A DNA stretch of 59,140 nt, from contig MQRK01238311.1 of assembly GCA_001938485.1 (NCBI GenBank), positions 1 through 59,140 on the forward strand, read 5' to 3'. A program made the translations under genes and the position numbers. The notes below the pieces were generated by a model, which saw only the letters and a list, made by a program, of their open reading frames with translations, was not told where the DNA came from and ran no database searches. Positions 1 to 13,800 of the stretch are shown piece after piece. Every line of letters starts with the position of its first letter. The stretch's first letter is position 1. This DNA comes from Girardia tigrina (taxonomy: Eukaryota).

Positions 1-430
1 GTTGAATGGCTAAAGCCATTTAAACCGAGGGGGATGTGAGGAATGTTTTGAATTGTGTATTGATATTTGTGCATGTAGAATGTTGATTCGGATTGTGCCT
101 CTCCTACACAGATGGATGACTGGTATTTTCTTTGATTCTTACTAATTAAAAATAATTTAATTTAATTTTAAAGTAAAAAGATTTAAAATAATTTTTGAAT
201 GTATTATTTATTTTTTTAATGTAATTTAATTTTAACCAATTAGATTCTTTATAATTTAATAATTTTTATTAACAGATTTTCATTTATTGAAAATAATTAG
301 TTTGAACTCAGAAAAAAAATTGATCAAGAGATATGTCAAATAGTGAATACGCTTGTAATATTAATAAATGTTGTAAACCTCATATTGATGTTGTTAATAA
401 TTTGATTTTATTTTCTATGAAATTCATTAG
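1..430 (+). mobile_element. 3' end of a Ty3/gypsy element: integrase tail, polypurine tract and start of the 3' LTR
   Basis: 1-39 reads VEWLKPFKPRGM* (compare RRIEWIKKV at the end of the 47-kb integrase); GAGGGGGA (27-34) is followed by TGTGAGG at 35; homologous to 42664-42957 plus 47667-47830 and to 34411-33979; LTR end not determined. Confidence 0.6.
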
Positions 431-718
431 AATCAAAAATATCGAATATGTTTTATATTATTTTCAATTTATATTTTTCGTAAAATAGTCGACAGCCGCC
501 AGTTTGAAGGACAAATAAGGAGTTTCTGACGGAAAAAAGAAATTAAACGACTATCAAAATAAATCATAAGAAATTATCGGTTTTTCGAAACGAAAAATAT
601 AATTCTACAGGAAAGATCATTTATCTCTAAGTAATCATCAAATGTGAACGCTTAGAGATTATTAAATAAATTATAAAATAATAGACTACATACAAAAGTA
701 TATTCTTAAAATAAAAAG

Positions 719-720
<2 letters not shown>

Positions 721-758
<38 letters not shown>

Positions 759-1033
759 NNNNNNNNNNNNNNNNNNNNNNNNNNNNNNNNNNNNNNNNNN
801 NNNNNNNNNNNNNNNNNNNNNNNNNNNNNNNNNNNNNNNNNNNNNNNNNNNNNNNNNNNNNNNNNNNNNNNNNNNNNNNNNNNNNNNNNNNNNNNNNNNN
901 NNNNNNNNNNNNNNNNNNNNNNNNNNNNNNNNNNNNNNNNNNNNNNNNNNNNNNNNNNNNNNNNNNNNNNNNNNNNNNNNNNNNNNNNNNNNNNNNNNNN
1001 NNNNNNNNNNNNNNNNNNNNATATATATATATA
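721..1033. repeat. (TA)n microsatellite spanning an N gap
   Basis: TA runs on both sides of the gap; similar runs at 10745-10847, and (TA)n(GA)n at 55315-55358. Confidence 0.9.
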
Positions 1034-1319
1034 TTAGTTTATTTGCGAATGGTCTCCTCGATGAAACTATCGAATGGTGTGAAAAATTATGGGTTGATAA
1101 TTCTGACTCCGTGAATGAAATAATGAACAATAACGCAATGAAAGAACTTCTTAAATTTTTTGCCAAAAATTTTCTGCCATATGTATTATTTCTTTTGACG
1201 ATGAATGATACATTCAGAAATATCTAGTCGCAACGTGTTCCACTTTATTTCAAAAGTTTACATAAATTTTTGTGAGGTCTCTTGAAGATAAAATCAATAT
1301 ATAACCAGGTAAAAATCAT

Positions 1320-1478
1320 TGCTCTACAAGAGAGAGTAGTTCACATCTTTCTTGCTTTCAGAAACCAATCACTGGAATTTCTAGTCTTTGAATTCTTGAC
1401 ATGTCTTCATTATAATTTTAATTCACTACAGAATCAGAAGTAAATAACAAACTTCCTTTTCTTGATATTCTTATCGCC
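1320..1478 (+). mobile_element. Penelope-like reverse transcriptase remnant
   Basis: Frameshifted translation ...HYNF.FTTESEVNNKLPFLDILI, the typical PLE RT thumb motif. Confidence 0.6.
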
Positions 1479-2153
1479 ACAAAGCTTTTGTGAAGAAAAA
1501 TATGGGAAGTGTATAATAAAGAGCTTGGAGTTTGTCTTTCAATTTTAATATCATGGTTATGCATTATGTACACAAATAATGGGTTAAGAAAAGACTAAAG
1601 GGAGAAACGTTAAAAAGCATAACAAATAATCAAAATACCACATTCTAAATAATTTAAAGCAATTAGGAGTACCATGATTACATTGTCATTAATTATGCGG
1701 TGGAAATCGAAAATACCATGAAGATCGACTAAACTTTTCTGTTCGGAATCCGGCTGATTATTTTGCAGAAAAGAATCCCATTTTAAATGAGGTTTAGGAA
1801 TCAGTAAGAGTGTGCCGACTTATGGAGTTTGACTCTGAATTGATCGAAATTTTCAACAATTCGATCTATTCGGTGTTGAGATTTCAGGTCTACAACTCGA
1901 AAGATTTATCCGACTAAACCGGTTGAAGAGTTAAAACGACCGCTCGGTTAAGGAAAGTATTTTGATGTTTTTCAGATTGATCTAGCTATGCTATTGTGGT
2001 TAAATTATGAACTATTCTGCTATTCTACCATGTTAAAAGAGATATTTATGTGTAACTAGTTCTGAGAGATTGTAAGTCTTTATTATTGGACTTTTTTAAC
2101 TGCCATATTTGGTTATTGTAGAAAACTGTTATATGTTATAATATTTCTTGTTA

Positions 2154-2865
2154 CAGAAGTGGCCAAAAGTATTTATGTCTTCCAGTAAAACAATACTTTT
2201 TCCCACTTTTCCACACTCCAGTTCTTATATTTCTTGCAAATTGCAATCCTCGCTCTCACAATTTTATTGATAATAATGGCTTGACTACAGGCTTTCGTGC
2301 AGACAACTTACATTCTTTTGAAAGGCACCGTCGAATCGTCCTCGCACTGAGTCTCAAATAAGGACATTCCTTCAGAATGTCATATGATGTTATCAATGGG
2401 TTCACAACTGCTGCTCTTCTGATGAGTTTGTCATCCCTTGGAGTCGATTTCCGAGGACAACCAGAACGATGTCAATTGTGAACAGATCCCGTTTCAGCAT
2501 ATCTCTTGAGAATATAAGACACAGACTTGAAATGAATTTCCAAACGTTCAGTAATAGCTTTATGAGTCTGTCCTTCTTCTTTCAAGATAAGTACCTGGTC
2601 ACGCTTCTCAATTGAAATTGGTGTAGAGCTACTCATTACCTAAAAATAGAAGATATTTGGATCTATTTAGCAATGCATTGAATTAATAAATACTAATGTT
2701 TCTTAACAATTTTAACTTACATGTGATAGAAACAGTTGTAAGGTATTTAAAAGAATGCCAGTAATGCAATTAATGTGATAATACAAAGAAAAATAAAAAG
2801 TAGTTAATGAAAATTTATTTTTTCACACATTTTAAGGAAGGGATAAAGACTTTATGGCACTACTG
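2154..2865 (-). mobile_element. Tc1-like deletion derivative
   Basis: Imperfect TIRs CAGAAGTGGCCAAAAGT / rc CAGTAGTGCCATAAAGT; minus-strand N-terminal transposase (…ILKRYAETGSVHN*HRSGCPRKSTPRDD…SARTIRR…) with stops; catalytic domain deleted. Confidence 0.8.
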
Positions 2866-3632
2866 TCGATGTTTTTAGAAGATCCTCAGAATTATTATTA
2901 GAAGTTAATTTCTACAACAAATAAATTTATTATATTACGTTTTCAAAAAAGTCATTAACACAAATATTTAAACAAACTTATTTTTATGAAAGAATTTGTT
3001 TTATAAATCTTAAATCGGTATAAATAAAAATATTTATAACATGAATATTTTATTTTATTTTCATTTTTTTAAATTTTACCTTTAATAAATTTTATCAATT
3101 TTAAATTAAGCTAATATTTGCGAATACTTCATCATAGCGTGCAATTTTATTAATTTTAAAATCTGTGTTATCATTCTCTAACAATTACCTTTAATCAAAT
3201 TTTATAATTTATATTGATACGAACCTTAAAATTTATTTAATAGTTTCGTAAAATTTTATTAATTTTTATATTTCTTTTACAAACATAAAATAATTTAATA
3301 TTTTATAAATTTTGCACATTTTAATTGGTACATTTAATTTCAAATTCTTTCAAAAATTTTATATAACATTTCTGAAATCCCAACATTACTAATACTTATT
3401 TCTATGTACTCTATGTGAATTGTTTACAACTTCATATTTACCTGAACATTTATTTTATATACTGAATATTTTGTCTCTATTTAGAGATAAAATATTATTA
3501 TTCACCGAATGTATCTTTCAATAATCAAGCTGTATTAAGATTCGATTTATTTTAACTCTCATTTGTACGAAGATAATCCTCATTTTTAATTGTAGTTGTA
3601 ATTAATATATTTTTTTAATTTTAAAATTTTAG

Positions 3633-4022
3633 TACATCTGAGAATACGAGAAATTGACCAACTTAATGCTCGAACTTTGAGAACATCAAACTCGGCAATT
3701 ACTTACTGGCAAATTGAATTCGAAAAAAGTATTATAAGCGGTAAATTGAGTCATGTTTAATAGTATAACATGGATACAATTTCTTTTGTAACTACAGGAG
3801 ACAAATTAACATGGGACCAACAATTCCGATTTAGACATACGACTACTAGAATGTATCTGGCAGTCGATGAGGAAAGTAATGTTATTTTAGTCAGAGAATC
3901 CAAGGACCCTCGAACAGTTTTCAAGTTACACCCTGTGATTCAAGATAGTGAAGAAGTAACATTTGAGAGTTATGCGAGAATAGAACATGTTCTCTCTGGA
4001 AACTGGTTACATGCATTGAAAG
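3633..4022 (+). CDS. ITPR: ITPR-like exons 1-2 in window (MIR / IP3-binding beta-trefoil)
   Basis: HLRIREIDQ...TYWQIEFEKSIISG | DKLTWDQQFRFRHTTTRMYLAV...YARIEHVLSGNWLHALK, separated by a 57-nt intron at 3741-3797. Confidence 0.9.
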
Positions 4023-7000
4023 GTATAATTATATTTTCTTTTTAAAGGATATTTTATTGGTCAAGTAAAATTAAATCATTTATTTAATACTTGGTTTTTA
4101 TCTGCTTCGATCATCTGACAAAATAACAATAATTGGAATAGAATCAGAAAATATATTATTGCAAGACACAGAATATAAAATAAAATATGAATTTGTGATC
4201 AGAATATTGTTCATTACATCACATATGAACAAGAGAGATGTATGTAGTTGCATAATTCGTCATTTTATTTTTTTTATTTTTATTATTTTAGGACCATTTT
4301 TTCTGTTCATCGTCAGGATGCCGTCCTTGTTGACTGCTCCGGTGTTTAGGAATTCCCTTAAATTAATTTTGGATATATTATTTTTGGATAGAGTATATTT
4401 ATAAATAAATATAGATGTTTTTAAGTGTCCAACACTTTATCGCAATTCATTTTTTCATATTCAATTTGTCGCGATTCAAAATGTCGTAATTCACTGTCGC
4501 ATTTAAATTGTCGTAACTCGAAAACTTAAAAAATGCTTTTTTATAAAAAATATTTTCGACACACAAAATAAAAAACTTATTATTTTTAAAAAGTAATTAA
4601 AATTATCAAAATAAAAGACTAAAACTTCCACAAAATTTGTATTTCAAACAATATATATATCAAAGTATTAAGCAACACGCAATAGTTTTTAAATAGTTTA
4701 TCTTTGTAGAAGATTGATAAGTACTCAATATAGATGAAATATTAGGATTATAAACTTTATACTGTTTTTCTATCAGGAAAAGCAGCTATATTGTCAGAAA
4801 CTCTGGTAAAATCATCGAAAACCATCTTCTCTTCGAGTCTGATTTTACCTGCTATTGAAGATAAGGAAAGACGCGATTTACTATTGACCATTTTATTGAA
4901 GACATTATACCACCTTTTCACTGAGTTGTTTGTACGAGGCAACTTATTTAATGGTCTGAAATAGCAATTCCAAAAAATTATTGGATAAGTTGGACATCTT
5001 GTCTCACCTCTTTAAACGATGTATGTGTTCTCAAAATACTTTACAACAACATCTAACCCTCTTGGAAATTCACCGTAAGATATTAGTTTGTAAAAAGATG
5101 GTATTACATCTGATTCGGGGACAAAAGCTAGCGCAGGAAGACACTTTGTCCGCTTAGAAAAGGTAATATCCTTTTTATATCATGTTTAAAGACCGTTATC
5201 AACTATCTTACCCCAAAAACTTTGAGTTAAATGAAAGAAACATCCATATACCGTAGAATTCGGGAAATAATTAACCGTATCTACCATGCTTCCTAGTTCA
5301 AAATCTTTAATAAAAGATGTAGGTGCAAAAACGGATTCAATAGCTAAAGAAACTTCACTGAATAGTTGGCAATATAAAGCCAACCTTAATAAATCGACCC
5401 TTCATCAATCTTAACTCACATGGTATGATGGAAATGTTAGTTATTATTCCATGTTACGTTTACAATTGAGTAAATCGAGGTGGAGCTACACTAAATGTAC
5501 CATCTCCAAATATGTGTTCTGAAAATGCCAAAATCTTAAGTCATCTATCACTAGCAAAGATTATCAAATCATCACTTTCGTACAAAAGAAATCTCACGCC
5601 ATAAAATGTCGAATTAAGACGTTTTGATAAAATTCAGTCAAGGACTGGTTCATTATCAAGATCACATAATTTATTTCTTCGAACACGGGCTACGGTTTTG
5701 GAAAAGGACGGTCTAGAAGGAAAAGCAGTGACAATACCTGTGAATGCGTTCGCCATAACCTGAGAAAAAATCAAGTGAGTTGAATCTTCTTATTCTACAC
5801 TTCTTTTAAAAATTCTTGATTTCATTCTTTTGAGCTCTATAATTTCTTCTCTGGGACCATGGTAATGTTCGTTGGCATATTCACAATATCATCTCCCATG
5901 GCATACATTCGGGCATTACAAGTACAATCAGCGCATCTTCAATAGGTTTTATTGTTGAATTAAACGACTTATGTGTTTAATCACTCTTTCTGATCTGGCG
6001 ATTAGTTTATGAGGTAGAAATAAAAATTTTACGAACTAAAGCGTGGTAGTCGGTCTTCAATTCATAAAAAAAACATCTTTAATTTTGAAATTCGTTAAAA
6101 TAATAGGATTTTATCAATTAGTAACTTTATTTATTAAAAATATCCGGTTTTACAGTAACGTTTCAATCAGGTCTTCAAATTTCCCGCGAAATAGATTTTT
6201 GGATTATTATTTTTCATTCATAACCCCGGGAAACGGATTTTTAAAAATTTCATTTTCGTACCTATATTTCCCGGAAATTCCCATTCCCTGGAACGGATAT
6301 CCCGAACATATGAATTAACAAATAAAAATAATGTAAAAAATTAAAGTTATTGATCTAATGGATGCAAAAAAATAATGAAATCTATTTTAATTACTTTTTT
6401 AGTTTAACAATGTATTATTTTTATTATTGTTTATAAACTACCCATAAAGATTGTTACTATTTTCGAATTAATAAAACTGGAACTTTCATTTTAAAACTAA
6501 TTAAAAATTATTACAATTAAAGGTGGTGCGTTTATTAAAACAAGGTAACAAAAGGAGTTTGTTTAATCAAACGAGTGCGCTAATTCGATAAAATACGGTA
6601 TTCAAAAATTAATTTCAAATTTCCAATCCCACTTCCATTCTCGCAAATTGCAATGAGAAAAAAAATTGAAGCCCTGGTTTAAATGTTACATGGGTTGAAA
6701 CAAAAACTATCTTGGTATTCTTCATTGATTGTTCATAAATTCTCTAACGTATTTTCTTAAGTCAGGAAAGTATATAAATACATAAATTCCAGATTTTAGC
6801 ATGTTATAAAAAAATAAAAATAAGACATCCCTTTATGACTTATTGATACTTGGGCTGATGATTCTCAGTTGGGTAGATGTATTTCTTTTTGTTCAGTCCT
6901 TGTTTCTCACGGAAATAAATACAAATAAAATTAAGTGAAATATATGTCGTTTATGGCTCTATACTCAATATAAAATAACATGTTAAAGCAATATTTTTGA

Positions 7001-10000
7001 AGATTATATTAAACCATATTAAATTACATCCCTCGAGATATGATCATTCTCAAGAGAGCAATAAAGAAGAAAACTTATGGATTTTTTGGTGACAAAATGA
7101 TTTTGGTTAACTTTAAATGATTTCTTTTGTGTTAATTAAACTTTATTTTCTTTTTTTTCTCAAATTCGTATTAAATTTAAATGTAACTTGCACTGAAAAA
7201 AGAGTTTATTTTATACTGCCATTAAAAGCAAAAATTTGTCTCTAAAATGTTTTTTAAAGAACATAAAAGGTGTAAATTTAAACAAAATTATTTTTACATT
7301 ATTTTTGAAAAAAAATTAAAATAACAAATAATAAAAAATCAAAGTATTAACAAAAACACGACTCAACACGATAAGTGCGACTCAACAATAAACATAGAAA
7401 TTGGCAGTTACTTTTGTCTTCGAAAATTTTAAAATAAGTATATAATATTTAATAAAATATTCATGAAGGATGTATTTTCAAATCGGCCCTAACAAGAAAT
7501 TTTTTCCAAATCGTTTCTTTACCGTTATTTTCAAATGATTTATCATTAATTTTCAAGAAAAAAATTTTTTACCATAAATTTTTGACTTAGTTCAATTTTT
7601 TTCAAATAATTATCAAAATAAAATTATTTCCGCCAAAAATGTTTAGTTGTTATGTTCACAGTAATTCTTGTCTCACTGGATGAGTAAGTTTGATGTGACC
7701 GGAAGAATAAGACGGGGAAGTAAGAGACCAGGAAATTATGACTACCATGCATTTTGGTTTCTTTCTGTGGGGTCCCAATTTTTCAGTGATCTCTTTTTTC
7801 TAATGAGAGTAATGTATGAACGGAAATGATAATAGTTCCGGTACACTTAACATGTATTTTCATTGTTTAAGCTTAGGTGATGTAATTACTCATGAAAATG
7901 GTGATACTTACATAGGGCTATCTTTTGAAAACATTTTGTTTTAATTATTCTTCTTGGTTATGATTTTATTTAAAGTCAAATTATTTCAAATCTTTCAAAC
8001 AATGTTCTAACTTTAATAAGAAAGAATTAGAAAATTGTAACTATGTCATACTTCTTACAAATCTATCAGTAAGCGTAGAAATAATGAAAAAAATCACATT
8101 TGAATTGTGAAAAAAATTATCATTATTCCACTCTTTAGATTAGCATACTTTCTGAACATGTACCCATGGATTTTAGAAACTTATTTTTGAATGCTTTTTG
8201 TTCAATCCATTTTTTCCAAACTTTGACAATAAATGATAAAGTGAAAATTTGATCGTAAAAAACTTTTTAATTGGGAAAAAATGGTCCCGTCTAAGTTCCT
8301 GAACAATATTAATTGAAAAATATCTACTTATAAATTATAAGTAGTTTATATATATATACATTGTGTGTGTCCATGGAATTTAAAAACCTATTCTGGAAGA
8401 CCTTTTATTCAATCAATTTTCTCCAAACTTTGCACATTTAAAAAATGTGATAGTATGTTTTTCTTCTACAAAAGATAACAAAAAACTCTGTTGGCCAAGT
8501 TTACTTCTTCCAGCATAAAGAATAGATATAAAAAATTAATTTTCGATTTACTAGTTTTCTTACATTTATTAACAATTTCAAATTTGCTTTAAAAGTAACT
8601 CTTGATATGTTCATAAAAAAATAATTTGTCAGTAACCGGAAGAATGATACACGAAAGAGACTGTTTAAAAGGCAATGTATAAAATAGACCTTAAAACCCT
8701 GTATTTAAAATATAAATGTAAAAAAATTATATATTACATTTATCTCCATCTCAGATATCTGATCAAATTTTATTCGTTCTTATTGTCCAAAAGTAATTTA
8801 ATGTAAACTTGTAAATATTAAATAATTTAAATTTTCAAAGTAATTTTATTTTGATATAAACTTCTTTGATACGTGGAATAATATTTTTAAAAAATCAATT
8901 TTGATATTTATGATAATTTGATAATTTTTTGAAAAATCTTCTAAATAATTAAATTTCTAAATTATTCCATATTTTAAAGTTTAAAATAAATTGCTTTAGG
9001 ACAATAATAATAAAAATGTAATGTAATGTATTTACTATTTCTAGTCTCTTTATTCGTATATATTATTTAATTTCCTAGTTTAATCAAATTTTCGCATTAT
9101 CATTGTAAAAGAACTAACTGAACAAATTAAAGTCCAGTGAACTCTCTTTATGAAATATTTAAATAAATAAAAATATAAAAAATAAATTTTAATTAAATTC
9201 TATTTTATAACAATATAAACAACTTCCGTAAACACAATTGATACATATTGTTTGAAAATATGCCGATCGTAAATGAGCTAGGCACAAGACGCGTCGACCA
9301 AATAATTCCGTATTACAATTGGAATTGTTTATCGATATTTAGAGAGTTTACTGTTAAATTATAAACGATTGTTGGGCTTCGTATAATTGTTATTGTTGTT
9401 GTTGAAGACGGTAGGTGACCATGAGTGATCACGAGATTCGACGAATTCGACTGAGAATGATAAAAAAATCTGAAAAGTTTATTCGTTACTGTTTGGTTTA
9501 TTTCAAATAATCGTTTAAAATTCAATATATCAATGATGAATTAGGATTTGACTTTTGCGGGGTTTGGACAGTTTAAACCAGTGGTTCCCAAAGTGGGCGC
9601 TACCGCCCCCTTGTGGGCGCTGCAGAAATCCAGGGGGGACGGTGATGGCCACAGACGGCATTTGGGGGCGATGAATATCTGTAAGGGGGCGGTGATAGTA
9701 TAAAAGAAAGAAGAGAAGATTTAGAAAAATTGATTTATGTGATTGTTAGGGATTAAAATGGAAATGAATACATTGGAAATAAAATGGAATAAAATTGAAA
9801 AAGAATAAATTAATTAATTAAAGTTAAAAACATTTGAATAAAAAAAATTTTAAAACAAGTAAAGTTTTGGTACCTCAATTAAAAAAACATTAGGTCCTAA
9901 TCCTTTTTCAAGTACAAACACAGAAGAATCTCCACAGTTACAAATAGAACTGATAGAAGTAACTACAAATGATAAATTTAAATTTAAATTCAAAAGCGGC

Positions 10001-10814
10001 TACCAAAAATTATGGCTGCAAAAGGAGATCCGTACTGCTTATCCTGAAATATGGGCTGTAATTCAAAAGTTTTTAATTGCATTTCCTTCATCATATTTAG
10101 TGGAACGTGGATTCAGTGCGGTAACCAATTTATTAACAAAAAAAAGAAACCAATTACAAATAGTCAATCGCGGTGATTTAAGATTACTGCTGACAAAAAT
10201 AGAGCCGAGGATTACTAAATTGGTAGCAGTCCACCAGGTTCATCCTTCTCATTAAAATGATTTCGAATCTTTTAACTTTTTTGTATTACATTCTATTCTG
10301 AGTTCAATAAATGGTTTCATATAATATTGTTGTTTTTTCTATAAAATAAACCATTTAATTAACATTATTTTGTTTTTTATGTCAGTCGCAGTGACACATT
10401 GCTAGAGTACTACTTCATACAATTCTCGAGAAAAAATAAGAGCGTTCCCTTTCTTAAAAATATCATAGCTCATCACTGCTGATACCGATCTACTTTCTCT
10501 AAGTTGATTCAAAAAAAATTTTATTAATTTCTAATTTATTTAATTAATTTAATTTTATTAATTAATTTTCCTCGAAATTAATTTTTAGGGGGCGCTAAGT
10601 AATATTTTTTCTGGAAAGGGGGCGGTAGGCCAAAAAAGTTTGGGAACCTCTGGTTTAAATGAACTCTAATTTTTGCATCTATTATTTTTGATCGATTTTT
10701 ATTTATTTTTTTATTGTTTTTATCAATTTTATTTTAATATTAATATATATAATTATATATATATNNNNNNNNNNNNNNNNNNNNNNNNNNNNNNNNNNNN
10801 NNNNNNNNNNNNNN

Positions 10815-10849
<35 letters not shown>

Positions 10850-13800
10850 CTGTAGGTTACTACAGTCGTTGATTTCCATTGAGAATGAGTAAATGTGCGA
10901 AGTATGGAGAAAATTGATTGAGTAAAATGCCTTCAAAAATGGAAAAAATAACATTGTAATGAAATAATTTTGTATTTTTTTAACTTAAAATATTAATAAT
11001 TAAAAATGTATGAAAACAAAGAAATTTGTGAAGAAAAAAAAGAAAACGACGCCAAATTTACAAAATTATAATTCCTGTGTCAATTAAAATTTATAGTTTC
11101 AATGGAAAATTGTTTAGACAACATCGAAATCAAATTAGGGGTCCCCATGATTCTTGTCAGTGAAGCTTAATATCCTATTAATTTGCCCATCGACAGAACG
11201 GTTTGTCAGCGCCTTTTTTAGTTAATTATTAATAATCGAAACAAAAGTTCTAACAACTTTTTATAGTATTGCTGCTGAATGAAGCCATGAAACATCTTTA
11301 AATATTTATAGCATGAGAAATAATTACTGGTTCAAATATGATACAAAATTGAATTAATTTCACTTTACCGTTCAAATGCGATTAGAATTTCGACAGTCAT
11401 TTTCTCATCAGAACGCAAATAGAGTTATGTAAATTTACCCCCAAAACGAAGAAAATAAACTGGCAATTGGAAAATTGTGAAGAGTTTGGCATTTTATTAA
11501 AATTTTATTTACGGAATATGACAACGAGGACTATGGCTTGATTTTAGGGAAAACACAGTCATAAATAAATTGACAGAATTTCAAGAGTCATTCTTTTTTT
11601 CCTTTTGGATCATTTATTAACTAAGACGTGTTCTGTTGAGGTTTGATGAACTGGAACAATTCCTGACATCAATTAGGAAATGGGGGTCTAGAAAAGCAAT
11701 ATGTTAAAGTTAGTTAGCTTTAAAATATAATTAAATATTAGTTGGCATAAACGTTTTTTAATTTTTCTATATTTAAATGTAAAAGAAGTTTCTTAAGTAA
11801 TAAATAATTTAATAAGTAACAGTCAAATTCTAAAATTGTGGAAGCAGGGAAAAAAGGAAATAATTTCGATTTAAATTAGGAAATATTCAAATAAAATAGA
11901 TACAAAAATAATTTTAATTTTTAAATTTCGTATTGTTGAGGTTAATCATGTAAAATATTAGGTTGATGAATAAGTTCCCGCCGTTTTTTGAATTTTTAAT
12001 CAATTTTTAATCAATTTAATATTTAAATCAATATTTTTGATGTAATGTTACATGTTATTTGAAAGCTATTGTTTTGCTCCAAAAATGGTGTATTTTGTTT
12101 TTTATTTAGATTAATTTTTTTCGATTTTTAGACCATTGAAATGGAGTGTCAAATCGACAAAAATGAGCATTTCCGATACCATCTATTGTTTGCGTATAAT
12201 CGAGGCGCCAAAGCCACAGACGCTGCCCGAGAGCTTTGTGCTGTATACGGAGAAGGTGCTATAGCTGATAGAACCGCTCGTGATTGGTTCGCAAAATTTA
12301 AAATTGGCAATTTTGACTTCAAGGATGCACCTCGTTCTGGACGACCAAATGAATTCGATGAAGAGCGTTTGAACAAACTTTTGCATGAAGACGCGCGTCA
12401 AACCACTCGAGAATTGGCGAAAAAAATGGATTGTAATCAAAAAAACTGTCGTGAACCACCTGAAATCAATGGGAAAAGTTCAAAAAATGGGAGCTTGGGT
12501 CCCACATCTTTTGACCGAAAACAACAAAAACCAGCGATCCACAATTTCGGCGAGNNNNNNNNNNNNNNNNNNNNNNNNNNNNNNNNNNNNNNNNNNNNNN
12601 NNNNGGAAAAGTTCAAAAAATGGGAGCTTGGGTCCCACATCTTTTGACCGAAAACAACAAAAACCAGCGATCCACAATTTCGGCGAGTTTGCTTGCCCGT
12701 CATCGCTCTACTCACGGTCATAACCAACAATTTCTTTATCGAATTGTAACGGGTGATGAAAAATGGTGCCTGTACGTCAACATGAAACAGCGCAAAGAAT
12801 GGCGTAGCCGAGAAGAACAATCGACACATCGAGCAAAACAGGATCTTCATCCACGAAAGACAATGCTATGCGTTTGGTGGGGTTGGGAAAGGATTATTCA
12901 TTATGAATTGCTTCCTCGAAACCAAACAGTGAACGCAGAACTTTATGTTCAACAGCTGCATAGACTCAACGCCGCTATAAGACAAAAACATCCGGATCGA
13001 AAACATGGCGTTATTTTGCAACACGACAATGTACGTCCTCATATTGCCAGAATGACAAAAGAAGCCATTCAAACACTTGGTTGGGAAGTGTTACCGCATC
13101 CTCCGTATTCACCTGACTTGGCTCCATCTGATTTTCATCTTTTCCGTTCGCTTTCTAATGCTTTGCGTGGTGTTTCGTTCAACAATGATGGAGAACTGCA
13201 AGTTTGGTTGGCTGAATTCTTCNAGTCAAGACCGGGCGATTTCTACCAAAGAGGCATTGAAAAACTCGTTGAACGTTGGGAAGAAGTCGTGAACAATGAC
13301 GGAGATTATATTTGTGATTAATTTGTAGTAACTTTTTTGTTAAATAATAAAATTTTAATTTTTCAAAAACTTATTCCTCAGCCCAATATATATGATTATT
13401 TTAATCAAATAAAAATTATATATTTTATATAAATTAATAAGACAATAATATGATTTAAAATTTAAAATGATTCTTAGTAATATATCTGAGAAAACGCAAA
13501 ATGTTTCTAGAAAAATCATTAAACCAGCTAGGGTCATATTATAAATTTTGTCTTAGATTTTTTAAAATAGTAATATGTGATTAAATACATATTTAAATAA
13601 TAAATTACCCTGTTTTAATTGTATTTTATAAGAGCTGAACAATACAAAATGATTCGAATAAAAAAATAATTCGGTAGTTTCTCTTAGTATTAGAAAAAGA
13701 CTTGCTGAAAGGTAGAATTCATGGTGGAAGTTATGAACAATATAACTAGAAAATTTAAAAATTGATTGTTAATTATAGCGAAACTAAATTAATTTCAAAT

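Noticed and set aside
627-1166. ORFs running through N gaps and (TA)n (also 10703, 38917, 38973, 39547)
   Set aside because: Artefacts of Ns and dinucleotide repeats.
12472-12687. About 82-bp direct duplication inside the mariner transposase
   Set aside because: Identical copies sit on either side of an N gap, which indicates an unmerged contig overlap rather than biology.
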